A stretch of 63,947 bases of DNA, counting the filler, from Conidiobolus incongruus B7586 (lineage: Eukaryota): the NCBI GenBank assembly GCA_000697335.1. It is 7 parts of 7 records of this genome, joined end to end, with 100 filler letters (N's around TTAATTAATTAA, not from the genome) between each part and the next. Parts side by side here need not be neighbours in the genome. Positions count along the whole stretch, not along the records: positions 7,129 to 31,211 come from JNEM01006150.1; positions 31,312 to 47,687 come from JNEM01006151.1; 5 more parts are not named here. One strand, 5' to 3'. This document shows positions 29,047 through 42,206 of this stretch, one piece after another. Under the pieces are notes generated by a model that saw only the letters and a program-made list of their open reading frames with translations, was not told the origin of the DNA and did not search any database. The position numbers were made by a program, and so were the translations under genes. Within the stretch, counting starts at the first letter, position 1; each line of letters begins with the position of its first letter.

Positions 29047-29592
29047 TTATCTTATTAATGGTTCATTCTCTGAAGCTAATACAAATTTATCATTCCTCAC
29101 TTCATTCAATCTAATCATCGAGTAATTAATACAAGTAGCTAGACAAATCCAACAAATATATGGAATTAAGAGAACTCCAGCTATTGAGCTTAATTGAAAG
29201 AATAGTATACATGTTAAAATGGATGTAATATCCAATAACAAGATAATGTACAAAGCTTTGATTGGCATTGCAAGATAGAAGAATACAGGACTCCAACTGA
29301 AATTAATGATGAGTTGGATCCAGTACATGATAATTCCCCACTGGCCAAAGTTGATTCGGTACGGATCGGTCAATTTGATGTATTCCTGCTGCACGAGGTA
29401 GTATGCAATTCCCATCATCAGATACCAAGCAGTCCAAGCGACTGGGAAGAGCCAGTCTGGAGGGGTGAACCTTGGCTTACTCAGACTTTTGTACCAGGTA
29501 TGAACTCCTTTATTAGATAAAAATCCTATTAGATTTCCTAGTGCAAGTGGTAAAATTGCAGATAACCACAGTGGTAAAATAATCAAATTCAT
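29047..29592 (-). CDS. TspO/MBR family translocator protein, paralogue 2 (181 aa)
   Basis: Motifs WYKSLSKPRFTPPDWLFPVAW..WY.MMGIAYY, QLIINFSWSPVFF and AGVLLIPYICW...A..IN. Confidence 0.95.
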   Translation of the reverse strand: MNLIILPLWLSAILPLALGNLIGFLSNKGVHTWYKSLSKPRFTPPDWLFPVAWTAWYLMMGIAYYLVQQEYIKLTDPYRINFGQWGIIMYWIQLIINFSWSPVFFYLAMPIKALYIILLLDITSILTCILFFQLSSIAGVLLIPYICWICLATCINYSMIRLNEVRNDKFVLASENEPLIR

Positions 29593-31311
29593 AGTGAACT
29601 AAAATTAACAAAAAGTGAAAGATAATAATTTTATGATGAATTAACTTGATATATATTCGATGATTTCATTTGTTAATAATTTGATCATCCGTGAGGGATT
29701 TGGTAATCATGACTTTGAATAAGTAAGATAGACCAAATAAAGGATGGTACACATTCTAATTGGTTAATTTAGTTTATTTAGATAAATGAATAATAGAAAT
29801 TTGAAAATTAGCTTTACGTTTTTTATTTGGTGTTGAGTTAATTTAAAAATTTATTAATGATAGATTCTTTTTTGTTTACTAATAATTGGTTATTACATCA
29901 TAATTATTTTCTAAAAACGATTGATTAAATTTCAAAAAATTATAATAATTATTACCCTATATTTATATGAATTTAATTTGAAAATATTTGAAACACTAGA
30001 ATTGAGGTGTTTGTAATTATGATGTAATATTCAATATAGAAAAAATAATACATATTAATTCCTCTTATTTATTAATTTTAAAAAATGAAAATATTAGTGA
30101 AATAATTCAAATTTGTTCCTTAATTAAGAAAAGTAATTAATAATGTTTTTTCAAGCCCAAGGATTAAATAATTTTAAATTTAAAACTAATTATTATAAAA
30201 AATCAACTATTATATTATGACTATAAAATAACATTAAATACTAATTGAATATTAATTATTTAATATTAAATTATATTTAATTTATAAGAATATTAATACA
30301 TAATTAGTTTATTTTTATATCAATTTTTAAAATATAATATTTAAAGTCCTTTTTATTTATTGATATCAAATAATTATTATCAAATTTAAATAATAAATAT
30401 TAAAAATGTTTAATTAATTTAATTTTATTATATTTTAAAAAAATTAGTTTTGAATATTTTTTTTATAAAATTAAATATATTAAACCAACTCAAATCTATT
30501 TTAATTCCTGATTTTCCTGGTTTTTTTTTTCAAAAAATATTAACAATATGTTTAAATATGTCTTAAAGAGAAAACTCAATGATGTTTTCATATAATTAAC
30601 TCAAAAGTCTTTTAAAATAATTAATAATCAAGTATTCCTCTTTTTAAACTAAAAAATATATAATATATATCAAAATCACTTTATTAATTTTATTTTTTTA
30701 TACCAAATATAAAAAAATAAAAGAGTTCCTTATTACCCTTATTATAATTAACTTTAAAAAGAATTTAAATAATCTAATAATTTGAAAATTATTATATAAA
30801 TTGAAAACCTCAAGATATATATCTTTAACTTATTATATATATATAATATTTATTATAATAATTAATATATAAACTTTCTATTAAAAAATTAATTTTAAAA
30901 TATAATTAAGAATTTTAAAAGCTTAGTTATTCCAACTTGCCAATATTTTATAATTATATATAAATTTTATCTTTTTATCTAAAAAAACAAATATCTTTAA
31001 AAACTTAGTTAGTATTTAGACTTTACTAACTAGGTTATATAAAAGCATATTTCAAAAATATAAAAAAAATTTAAATAAAAGAAAAAACTATTATTTTATA
31101 TATTAAAAAATAATATATTTTATTAAAATAAAATTAAAAAATTAAAAAATTAAAAAATTAAGCTAAAGTATAATTATAATATTAAAAAACATAAGTTAAA
31201 TTATATTTTATNNNNNNNNNNNNNNNNNNNNNNNNNNNNNNNNNNNNNNNNNNNNTTAATTAATTAANNNNNNNNNNNNNNNNNNNNNNNNNNNNNNNNN
31301 NNNNNNNNNNN

Positions 31312-31705
31312 AGGTGTAGTGGTAGTTAAACTAATATAGTGCAGAGGAAGACTTAATATAAAAGTAGTGTGGCGCAGAACGTGGTAATATAATGTGGCTG
31401 TAGCGTGCAAGTGTAAACAAAGTTTAATTAAGCTTCGAACTAGGATGAGTCACCGATATATTAAGATTTATATTAGGTAGTGCCAATATCCTACAATATC
31501 GACAGAATATAGTCTCAATCTTAGAAATAGTGTAAAGGTAAAAATAGTAAGAATTGAGAGGAAAAAGAGGAACCTAGTTTATTAGATAATTTAATACTAT
31601 TTATACAATTAATTTAACTATATAAGTATAAATTAATCATATAATTTATAGTTAATTGGATTATATAAAGTGTATATAAGAATTTAGAGAACTAGTCTCT
31701 TAACA
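31312..31705 (-). repeat. LTR of chromovirus family B, least-mutated copy (abuts gap)
   Basis: The reverse complement begins TGTTAAGAGACTAGTTCTC and aligns along its length with 41812-42206 and 63538-63936. It retains 6 CpG sites. Confidence 0.95.
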
Positions 31706-32090
31706 ATAATAATAATTATATTAATATAATATAAAAAAAAATTAATATAAAAATAATATAATATAAAATATAATAAAATAATATAAAATATAATATATAA
31801 ATATAAATAAAGTTTAATTAAGCTTTAAATTAAGATAAGTCACTAATATACTAAAATATATATTAAATAGTGTTAATATATTATATTATCAATAGAATAT
31901 AGTTTCAATTTTAAAAATAATATAAAAATAAAAGATAATAAAAATTAAGAAAAAAACTTAATTTATTAAAAAATTTAATATTATTTATATATTTATTTTA
32001 ATTATAAAAATATAAATTAATTATATAATTTGTAGTTAATTGAAGTATATAGAAATATATATAAGAATTTAAAAAACTAGTTTCTTAACA
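31706..32090 (-). repeat. LTR of family B, heavily mutated copy directly abutting the previous one
   Basis: Shares AAAGTTTAATTAAGCTT and ends ...CTAGTTTCTTAACA at 32090. Its left part is the same sequence with nearly all G/C converted to A/T. Confidence 0.88.
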
Positions 32091-34457
32091 ATTATATTAA
32101 TTATAGATATTGATTTAATTATAAATATAATAATTTATTTTAAATTTTATATAACCTTTAAATAAGATATTATTGATATTAAAATTATGAAATCATAATT
32201 AAATATTTGATATATATATATAAATTTCAAAAAATAAAACTTTTATTTTGATTGAGTTATATTAGACTAATTATGAAATAATGAAGTTATTCAAATTCAA
32301 TATAAAATTAAAAAGAAATAACAAATATAAACTTTTTTCAATATTCCAAAATTCTAATTGGATAATTCAATAATTACTCAAAAAAATTAACAATATATAA
32401 TTAGATTAACAGATTCAATATTGAAATTCTATTTTTTATTAAGATTTATTATTAGAACAGATATTAATATATAAGTGATAATATATATAATAAAAAAATA
32501 TTATTTAATTTAATATTATAATTTCCAAATTTACTTAATTTTATTTGTCTCAATATAGATTATATTTATTAAATTATTAGAAAAAATTTTAAGTTTTCTA
32601 AAAAAGAAATTATTAATTATCAATTTTTATAGATATTTCATTATGAATTACATTAAATTTTCATTATACAATATGACAATGTGATATAAACAAATTAAAA
32701 ATTTAATATTTAAAAACTAAAAAATCACATCATTTCAATAGTTAAAATGATTTTATAAATTAAATTTTGGTGAACATTCTCATTTTATGTAGGACACAAT
32801 GATACACTGAAATAATTCTGAGCAGCACCAGAATTGCTATAATTTTAAAATCAATAATTCGTGAATCTTTTTGTTAGTTGAACAAATTGTGAATTGGTTT
32901 GTGTGTGTTCATAGTTGAAATATTTGGATCCAATCAACTGGGTCAATTGTATCATTTATAATATTAAAATATAAATGAAAATTTTTAAAGGTCTGAATTT
33001 GGTAAGTTCCGATAAATGAATCTTATAGTTTGATATTCAAATCTTTTAAAGATTTTACTAATATATATAATTTCAGAATAACTAATATTTTATATATAAA
33101 TGAACTCTATTTATGATTAAAACATATTGTGATTAATAATTTTTTCCAAAAAATCTGAAAATTAATTAAACATATCCAATTATTCTTATTTGTTAATAAA
33201 TAATATAATGAATTCAATATTGTGTTATTTATCATATATAATTGGCAATTTTAACATCTATTCAATTGATTCATCATTCAATGATTTATTTTTTTATAAA
33301 TACCAAATTCGGATTATTTTTAAAATATTTTTTTTCAAAATATCTTAAATTAGTAATTAATAAAATAAAACAAAATATTTTGACAAGGTCAGATTATACA
33401 ATTATTTTCACTTAAAGCTATATTTTTTATTATAATTTCTATTTCAGATATTTAATATTATACTATTTGTTGTCAAATTTGAGGTATAGATTTGCTGAAA
33501 AATATTAGTATTTTAAATTATATAAATTCAACATTCCATTACCCAATTAAGAAAGCATGAAAACCAACACAATAACCATTTTATTAGTGGACTTAGCAAG
33601 TAACCAACAATATGGAGTGTATAAAGGCGAAGTATATAGAATTCAATTTTAAGGTTAATGGAAATGTTAAATTATTTAATCAAAATCTCATCTCATTTTA
33701 AAATTTGAGAATTTTGAAACAAGTTATTTAAGGTTTTAGATTTATTGTCATATATTCATATTAATTCAACAACAATATATTAGTGATTTTGAAGAATTTG
33801 ATTGCTAATTCCTCAGAATTATTAAGAGTTATTATCCACTAAATTATATTATCAACGTATAATTTGTAATTTTTTTGATTAACATTAAAAAATAAATAAA
33901 AAATTTAATATATTAAAAAGTATAAACCATATATTACCTTATGAAATCAAAAACAGGTGAAAAATATCGTGTCATAATTTGTCAACTTAAAAGGCATCTA
34001 TAATTTATTTTACAGAGGTTTAAAACTCACCAAATTCCTGATTTTAATTTATTGTGGTAGTGTTCATGAGAACACTGTTTGATTAAGAAAAGATGTCAAA
34101 CACTATCCATTCTTTATTAGAGATATTAATTGGTAAAGGAGGTTGATTGGTAGTTTATATAGTTAATATCTGTGTCATACTTTCTTATCGTAATTGCTGC
34201 GAGCCTAAAAAATTAGGAATAATATGGTTGAAACCTAGTGGTTAATAATAGAAGGTGATGATTTAATAATTAATTGACATGAATAAGAACTAAATATTGA
34301 TTTGGTAATGGAATTTCCCATGGATCTTATCAAATTAAATTGGTCATTTTAACTAAATTATGTTCAGTTCTTTTTTATTTTAATCTTTTTGACTGTTTTA
34401 ATTTTTTAACTTTATCTTCCCCCCTCATTATCATAATTTTGTTATTATTAATTGAAT

Positions 34458-36341
34458 ATGGATCATCTTTTAAATTCTTATGATGATGACGATGAAGTAA
34501 TATATCTTCCATTTAAAAAGACAAAATTTTCAAGCTCTCAAACAGAATCTAATTCCTCAAATGAAACTTCTAAATTATCAAGGTCAAAGTATCCTACTAT
34601 GAGTATTAAAAACATAATTTCTTCTCGTTCTCCTTCTCCTAAACATACTTATAATACTTCTGACCCTTATCATTCAGACAGTTTTAGGAATGATCAAGAG
34701 TTGGATTATCATAGCCTTCGTTACCTTTCAACGAGCTATCAATCTTCTCCTTATCATTTTAGTTCGAACTTTGCTTCAATTCCAGATCCTTTACAAGAAC
34801 CTTCCAGGTGGCAGCGTCATTGTATTTCTTCTATTAAGAATTTGCTCTTTTCGGACTCTTCCCGTTCCGAGTATTTGGGTTTACAAACTGCTCGAAATAT
34901 GACTCAAGTTTCTTGCTATTTAGTTACAGTTGCTCAAAAGTCATACGGCTCAGAGAAGAGATATCTGAATCCACCGCCTATTGTTACGGTTACACCACCT
35001 GTTAACCCACTTTTAAATACTCCCAAAATGAGTTCCGTGGATTTGACTATTTTAAACGAATCCGGACAGGATATTATCACTCAAAATTCACTACTTCACA
35101 ATAATTTAGCAATTTTTAAGACTTTACACATTGCCAATAACAGTAATAGTAGTAATGGTAATGATGGAGCTAAAACTGATAAGTCTAAAAGTTTTCGATT
35201 GAAAATTCAATTACATCATCATACAACCGTGTCCAATCTGCTGCAACGACCGCATTCAGGAAATTATATGGAATATTTGCCTATGATGGCCAATCATGAT
35301 ATTTCTACCACCAAATCAGATCCATTTGCAACATTCTTGACCGATTCTATTCCCATTATCTCCAAGCCATCCAAGAAAAGCTTCAACCAAACCCTCAAAT
35401 CTCCCAGTTGCATCTATTCTGGCTCAACCGTTTCTTTATTCAACCGCATCAATCACCAAACCTTCCGCACGCAGTACCTCAACATTCAAAACAACAAGAT
35501 GTGTGCCAAGGTTAATTTCTGGTCGCCATTCATCATCAAACTATACAACGGAAGTGGTCACAATGTCAATCGCTACAACCACGCATCTATCATTTCCTAC
35601 AAATCATGTGTTACCTTAACCGATCCGAGATCCGGTATGACATTTGGACCATTTATTCTATTGAAGGTTGAAAAGAATCAAATTTTGCATGATGCTCAAG
35701 GTCCTGTGACTCAACTTCAGAAAGTTGCACTTCGCTCATTTAACCCTAATCACACTAAACCTTCGGACGTTCCTACTTACTTGGCAACTAAGAAACCCAG
35801 TATGACTGATAGCTATGCAGATTCATCATCTTCCCAAGCTACGTCCACATTGCCCATTGTTTTAAGTGCAATTAACACCCATGACAATGGGTTCGTCAAT
35901 TCATGCACAGTGGAAGACCACCACTACTGGACACTGGTGAATATCACCCGACTTGATTTCATCTACTCGTCCGAAGCAAATCCCAATATTACTACTATTT
36001 CACCGTTCCCAATCCTCACCACCAAGCCTCGACTCCAAGACAATGTCAGAGAGCTACTGATTGACTACCAATTCCCGCAAGATCTCAACAACCTCCAAGT
36101 ATGGATAGGGTGCTGCGGTCCCATTACCTCCACCACAGTCACTGACAAAACTGTAACATATTCCTTACCTCCGACCAATTATATCCTCGGGGAGAATTTT
36201 TCCAACTACAGCGACCCTTCAACACCGTTGAACCTACCCATATTTTTGATCAATCATTCAGGAGTGATTTATCATACGAAATACTTTTTGAATTTGAGAG
36301 TTAACGAACGAAGAGAAATTATTATGACACAAATTATTTAA
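34458..36341 (+). CDS. CSL-family (CBF1/RBP-J, Su(H), LAG-1) transcription factor, fungal type (627 aa from the first ATG)
   Basis: Signature VAQKSYGSEKRYLNPPP, then IISKPSKKS and SGSTVSLFNRINHQTFRTQYL (beta-trefoil start) and GPVTQLQKVAL. It has a low-complexity Ser-rich N-terminal extension, as in fungal CSLs. The ORF track starts at TTG 34452; the first ATG is 34458. Confidence 0.95.
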   Translation: MDHLLNSYDDDDEVIYLPFKKTKFSSSQTESNSSNETSKLSRSKYPTMSIKNIISSRSPSPKHTYNTSDPYHSDSFRNDQELDYHSLRYLSTSYQSSPYHFSSNFASIPDPLQEPSRWQRHCISSIKNLLFSDSSRSEYLGLQTARNMTQVSCYLVTVAQKSYGSEKRYLNPPPIVTVTPPVNPLLNTPKMSSVDLTILNESGQDIITQNSLLHNNLAIFKTLHIANNSNSSNGNDGAKTDKSKSFRLKIQLHHHTTVSNLLQRPHSGNYMEYLPMMANHDISTTKSDPFATFLTDSIPIISKPSKKSFNQTLKSPSCIYSGSTVSLFNRINHQTFRTQYLNIQNNKMCAKVNFWSPFIIKLYNGSGHNVNRYNHASIISYKSCVTLTDPRSGMTFGPFILLKVEKNQILHDAQGPVTQLQKVALRSFNPNHTKPSDVPTYLATKKPSMTDSYADSSSSQATSTLPIVLSAINTHDNGFVNSCTVEDHHYWTLVNITRLDFIYSSEANPNITTISPFPILTTKPRLQDNVRELLIDYQFPQDLNNLQVWIGCCGPITSTTVTDKTVTYSLPPTNYILGENFSNYSDPSTPLNLPIFLINHSGVIYHTKYFLNLRVNERREIIMTQII

Positions 36342-36617
36342 ATCCATTTTATATGTATACATATTTAATCATATATTTATAATTATAATTTTCAAAATAA
36401 AATTAAATATTTATTATAAATTTTATTTCAAATTCAATATTTTGAATAATATATGATATTGAAATAAATTTTTATTTAATTAGATATTCATTAGATGATT
36501 GACTCTCTTATTAATCCCATAATATAAAAATTCAATTGATATTAATATAAATTTAATTTTAAAGTCACAATACCATTTTGATCAAAACTCAGTAATTGAT
36601 CTAATAATAAAACTATA

Positions 36618-39600
36618 ATGACAACAGAAACTTGGCTAAGTTGTAGGATTTATCTCAACCAGCTGGATCCCAATACTCCTCACATCTATCCTCTTTACAT
36701 TATTCTAAATTCTCATCCCAATATCAATATATCTATTAAATCACCTCATAAGAAACTCAGTGCTTATGAATTAATTAACAAAATATTAGAGTTATTAGAC
36801 ACTAAAAAATATTTATTATTTTTAAAGAGTTGTCACTTCGTCAGCTACTTCCTAGGAGTTTTAAATACTGGCGATATTACCAAATCCGAATTGATCCAAA
36901 TCGTCCAAAAGTTAGTATCCAAGGTAAACAGTTTACCCAAGGTCATGACTTCGAGGGAGACCGTATGTATGGGCGGTGTCATTCAGATTCTCTATCGACT
37001 GGCGAATGGCTCTGATAGAATGGGAAATAAATCGATTTTAGGAGCTTTAGAAATTGGAATGGCTTTGGTAAGTGATTGAATATTTGTTAAATTTATTTAT
37101 TAATTAATTTTTTTTCTTTAGAATAATTTTCAAAATTTGCATTGGAAATTTGGGAGTTTTAAAAAGTATTTGGATAGGAAGTTAAAGGATTTAAATTGGA
37201 TTGTCAATGGAATAGGTAATCAATTTAATCATTTATTTCTAAAATCTTCCAACCTAAATTTCTCATATAGATTCTAACTTTCCTCTTATTTCTCAATGGA
37301 ATCGCGATCATGAAATTCTACCTTTAGAATTCAACAATTTAGAGTCATCAGCTAAAGATACCTTGCTATATGAGTCCAACTTAGAAAATCAATTGCAGAA
37401 TTTAATTAATCAGGGTGCTCCAATTACTGAAATTAAAGATTTGTTGCAAGCTAATCATCACACGCTACAGGATTATTCGTTATTGCCCTTTATGATCAAA
37501 AAGATGCGTTCTATACTGACAAAGTCTAAACGCGTACTGGATTACGTCCCTGAGTCTAATAGAGATCCCAATTTGGATGTCGCCGGAGATATTTCAGTAC
37601 CTATAAAGACGCCCCGAAATTTTAATTTCCTCTACGGTGCTTTGGAATTGGCTGATCAGTTGTATTGGTTAGTGACCATTGAAAATATTACATTACACCA
37701 ATTGGTCAAGGGACTTTATGATCAAGTATTCGTACCACAAGGATCGTTCGTATCGCCCGTGGAAAAAGATAATTTCATCTTGTGGTGGATTGTTCAGTTG
37801 TTCTATATCGATTATATTGCTAATAATGTCATGCCTCAGGATTTCCAGGGCGATCAAACAATTTTTACTCAAATGGTTGCACTTTACAACCCTACTCAAG
37901 TCCTGTCGAAAGATGGCTGCTATCTCAGAGATTTGGCACTCCAATGTGCAATGGCACTTCAGAGTGCGAATATTCCGGATCGTAGCGGCCTCAAACGTAG
38001 ACACCCCACGCTAATTACAGCGATTCCATATTCGCAGATGTGTACAGCGATCCAGAGTTATTTCAATACCAATTTCAAATTGAAATCTACGGATCCTAAT
38101 ATTTTTATGAATTTATCGGAGCAGGACTTGCATAGAATTTCGATTACGAGTTTGTCTAGAAAGAGTATGGTGCCAATTACCATGTATGTGTCCCTAGTAC
38201 CTAATCACCATTTCGAGTTCTTAGGTGCTGGATTTTTGGAGGCCAAGTTTTTGAAGGGTAACAGTATCAGCAGCGATACTATTGACTTTATGAATATTGG
38301 CGCTAAGCAAGAATTACTCTCCTTGATTTATAGTATGATGTTGGATTTGAAGAAGGGACCATGTCTTCCTCAAGGTCGTTCCAAGGATATTACATGTGTA
38401 TCACCTCATGTCCTCGATGCAGTATTTAAATTGGTATACAGTGCACCTCACTCCGTCGAATTGATTCTAGAAACTATGTTACAATCTCTGAACGAGTGTG
38501 ATCAATCCATCAATACTCCAATGTACTCACCTCAACTAGTTCCATTGACTTGGAGACACACTGTATTACAATTATTAACTCATCGTCTTTTGAGATATTT
38601 GAAAAATATCAAATTCCCCAGTTTAATCCCCACTTATATCAAGAACCAGTTGAATATAGAGACTCATTTCCATCTTTATTCCGAAATTGAAACATTCGCT
38701 ATTGGTGCTCTAAATATTCATCACCAGTTGCAGCATTTAGAGCATTTCTTACCATTACATGCGTCGACACCCGTCGTCTGGTTCGAATCCAATTCTATGT
38801 TGGCACGAATTGCGGTGATGAAGCTTGCACGTACCATTAATACTATAGGCTTGACTAAATCCAACTTCTCACTGGTGCCAACATTCCTCACTAATTTGCA
38901 TAGGTACCAGCTTCACTTTTCCGAAAGAACCCTAAGGTTTTTCCCGCCCATTATGCAAAATTTCTTTACTGAACAACCACTAACCAAACCTAATGCTCCC
39001 AGCTTGACCGATGTGGTGAATTTTGTGAACCAGAGCGCCAATATCTACTCTAACTTTACTCAGCCTAACGCTAATTCTATGACCACTTTGGCTTCAATGT
39101 TCGGTCATCCCAACACCATGGAATATTTCTTACCGACACTGTGGAAAGCCACCTGGAGCGATCAAACATTCAAGAAGGAGCAGTGGGAGTTGATTCGTCC
39201 CATTTTAGTATCGTTTGGCCCCAGTTACAAATACGATAATACATGCACTCTAATCTGGTATATTTTATTTAGCCATAAAGATGACGAAGATGCTACTCAG
39301 GCTTATAAGCGTGTAGCCCAATGGATTTTCGAATATCAGTTAATTTCGTTGCATCATGTGATCTTTACACTCGCTTGTCATCATTCTGTGACGGATAGTG
39401 ATCCATCTTTGCAGAAAACACGATGGGATTTGACAAGATATTTACTCTTCAGTTGTCAGCATCTCATTAGTCGATATAAATTCTGGTCGGAGTTGAACAT
39501 TTCTCACAGAATTTGGAAGGAGGATGACTTTCATACTAAGTACCAGACCTATTTAGACAAGTATCCAGAATTTTTCGAGTATGAACAATTCTGGTACGAA

Positions 39601-41001
39601 GGTAAACCTCCTTCCAAGACCTTTTCGCCCACCTTGACTCCTTCGGTCCAGATTCGACTCCCCATGTACTATAGCCACGATTTGGTCAGATTAGTCCAAT
39701 GTCTTGAACCAGTGTTCAGTGGTTGGATCGAACATGCTCAAGTAGCTCTTCTCATTCGATTTTTGTCGACTTATTCCGATTTAGTTCGTATGCACCCTCT
39801 AAGCTTTGGCTTAGTATTCGATACTATTCATTATTTTAGCGACTGTGAATGGTTCCACTCGTCGGCAATTCGTCAATTGATCCAAGCTCTGAATCCAGCT
39901 GACTATGCTTTTAATCCCACATTCCGTGAATATATCTGGTCGGACAAAGCGCCCGACGCTAGCTCCTACACCCTAGACTACTTCAAAAAGAGTCTATCCC
40001 GCGTAGTCGACAGTTTTGACCCAGGCAACAATTTCTTCGACCATGACGCATCATTACCACCGCGCCAGTATCGTGAAATTTCGAACCCGGTCCTATTCGC
40101 AATCCGCCAGAGTCAATTAGAAATTTTGGGATGTCCTTTATCAGCTGACCAAAAGGTGGCGAAATTGTTAGAACTTGTGACAATACAGCAGTCTCTTGGT
40201 ACGTCCAATTCGCCATCTATGACAACTTCGAGAGATTTCCATAGTTTGGCATTGATTATTGCTGGTTTACCGTTCCAGGACTATGTCGTACCCATTTTGA
40301 ACCACTGCGCTCACATTTTGCAACTTGGTGATATTTGTAAGATGGGACCAACAATGCCTGTGAATCTTGCTAGAGATCCTGACTATCAATTAAAATTTGC
40401 AATTGATCGTTTGAAGGATGAGGATGAACTTTTCAAATGGCCTTTCAAACTCGAAGAATTGGGAAATCAACTCCTAATTCAGGATGATTTCATCCATTCT
40501 GTACTGTTGACACCTCATACTATAGCTATTGGTAATTTTATCGCAACGAGTATCTCGAACTATTTAACCTTGTTCCATGCGCTCATTCACCACTCCAATT
40601 ACTTTGTTTTGAATCATTTTGTTGCTGCTCTGAACAATATCCACACACTCATTTATTCCGATCGCCAACTTTTAATCATCTGCGCACTACTTGGTCCCCT
40701 ATTACATCGTCTCAAAACCGACCCCATCGCCTTGGAAATGACCCTAATATGCATCGCCAGTTGCATTGACCACTTCTTCACAATTCAACCGAACCTCCGT
40801 TATAACACTCCAGCACTCGATCTCGTCGCTGCATTCCTTCATCATCTTAAGTATTTTGTGGTGAAGGATTTGGGACAGGAATTTACAAATGGCACAATGG
40901 GATTTTTGAAACTTCGAGCACTTTTGAATCAGATTCAATTAAAATTTCGACTCAATGGTACTGATCATGAATTAGTGGACTGTCTGGTTGATTTGGTATA
41001 A
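36618..41001 (+). CDS. MED23: Mediator complex subunit 23; join(36618..37067,37122..37215,37271..41001), ~1424 aa
   Basis: Motifs recognisable against metazoan MED23: LARIAVMKLART, HFSERTLRFFPPIMQNFF, WKEDDFHTKYQTYLDKYPE, LPMYYSHDLVRLV and YREISNPVLFAI..SQLEIL..P. Two short introns, GTAAGT..TAG (37068-37121) and GTAATC..TAG (37216-37270), join the two track ORFs in frame. Confidence 0.88.
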
Positions 41002-41811
41002 TCGGAGTTAGTAAAATAATAGATTCTGTAATAAATTTTGAATTTAATTTTATAATATAATATATTTTTTAATAAATATTAATATATTTCTATAATTTTT
41101 AAAGGTTATTTATAACTTTATATTGAAAAACCTATTTATTTTAGAAATATTTAATAACAAAATTACCACAATTAAATTCAAAAATTAATCAATCCATTAT
41201 AGATTTGATAAAGTTCTTTATTATCAATATATCAACGATGCTTTCAAATTAATTCAATATATATTAGAAATTCTTTATAAGATCATTTATTACATAGTGA
41301 AATCATTGTCTTAATCCAGTTTTCATTTATTGTATATTTCAACATTTCAATGATATTCAATAAATTCTTATTAAATATTAAAAAAGCTAGTAAAAATGAA
41401 AAATATGTTAATATTACATGGGAATCAAAAAAATAAGAAATTGTTTAATTTTTGATTGTTTTTTTTATTTATTATACATTTTAAAAATAAAAATATACAA
41501 AATAAATAGGAAAATTTATAATTTTAAACTTTATATAATGTTTTTATTAAAAAATTATTATTGTAAAATTTATTATCAATATTAATATTATTCAAATAAA
41601 ATAATAATTATTAAAAATATTATATTTTGGTTTATTAAAAAAACCATAAATATTTTAAAATTATTTGGTATTCAAAAATAATTTATTATAATAATATTAT
41701 ATTTAAATTAATTTTATTATTATTTAAATAATTTCAATGCTAAAAAGAAAATTTTTGAAAATTTTATTAAAATTTAAAAAATTAATTATATTTTTGATTT
41801 TTTATAACTTT

Positions 41812-42206
41812 TGTTAAGAGACTAATTCTTTAAATTCTTATATACACTTTCATATTATCCAATTATCTATAAATTATATGATTAATTTATACTTATATAG
41901 TTAAATTAATTGTATAAATAGTATTAAATTATTTAATAAATTAGGTTCTTTTTCTTCTTAATTCTTACTATTTTTTATTTTTACATTATTTCTAAGATTA
42001 AGACTATATTTTGTTAATATTATAGGATATTGGCACTACCTAATATAAATCTTAATATATCAGTGACTCATCTTAGTTTAAAGCTTAATTAAACTTTGTT
42101 TACACTTGCACACTATAGCTACATTATATTACTATATTCTATACACACTACTTTTATATTAAATCTTCTTCTATACTATATTAGTTTAACTACCACTATG
42201 TTTATA
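41812..42206 (+). repeat. 5' LTR of element B
   Basis: TGTTAAGAG...CCACTATGTTTATA, followed by the decayed PBS TAATAGCAAT (compare TGGTAGCAGC at 63937). Confidence 0.95.

Noticed and set aside
33570..33655. Peptide GVYKGEVYRIQF resembling an E2 ubiquitin-conjugating segment
   Set aside because: Too short, and no downstream HPN/catalytic Cys motif or consistent exons were found.
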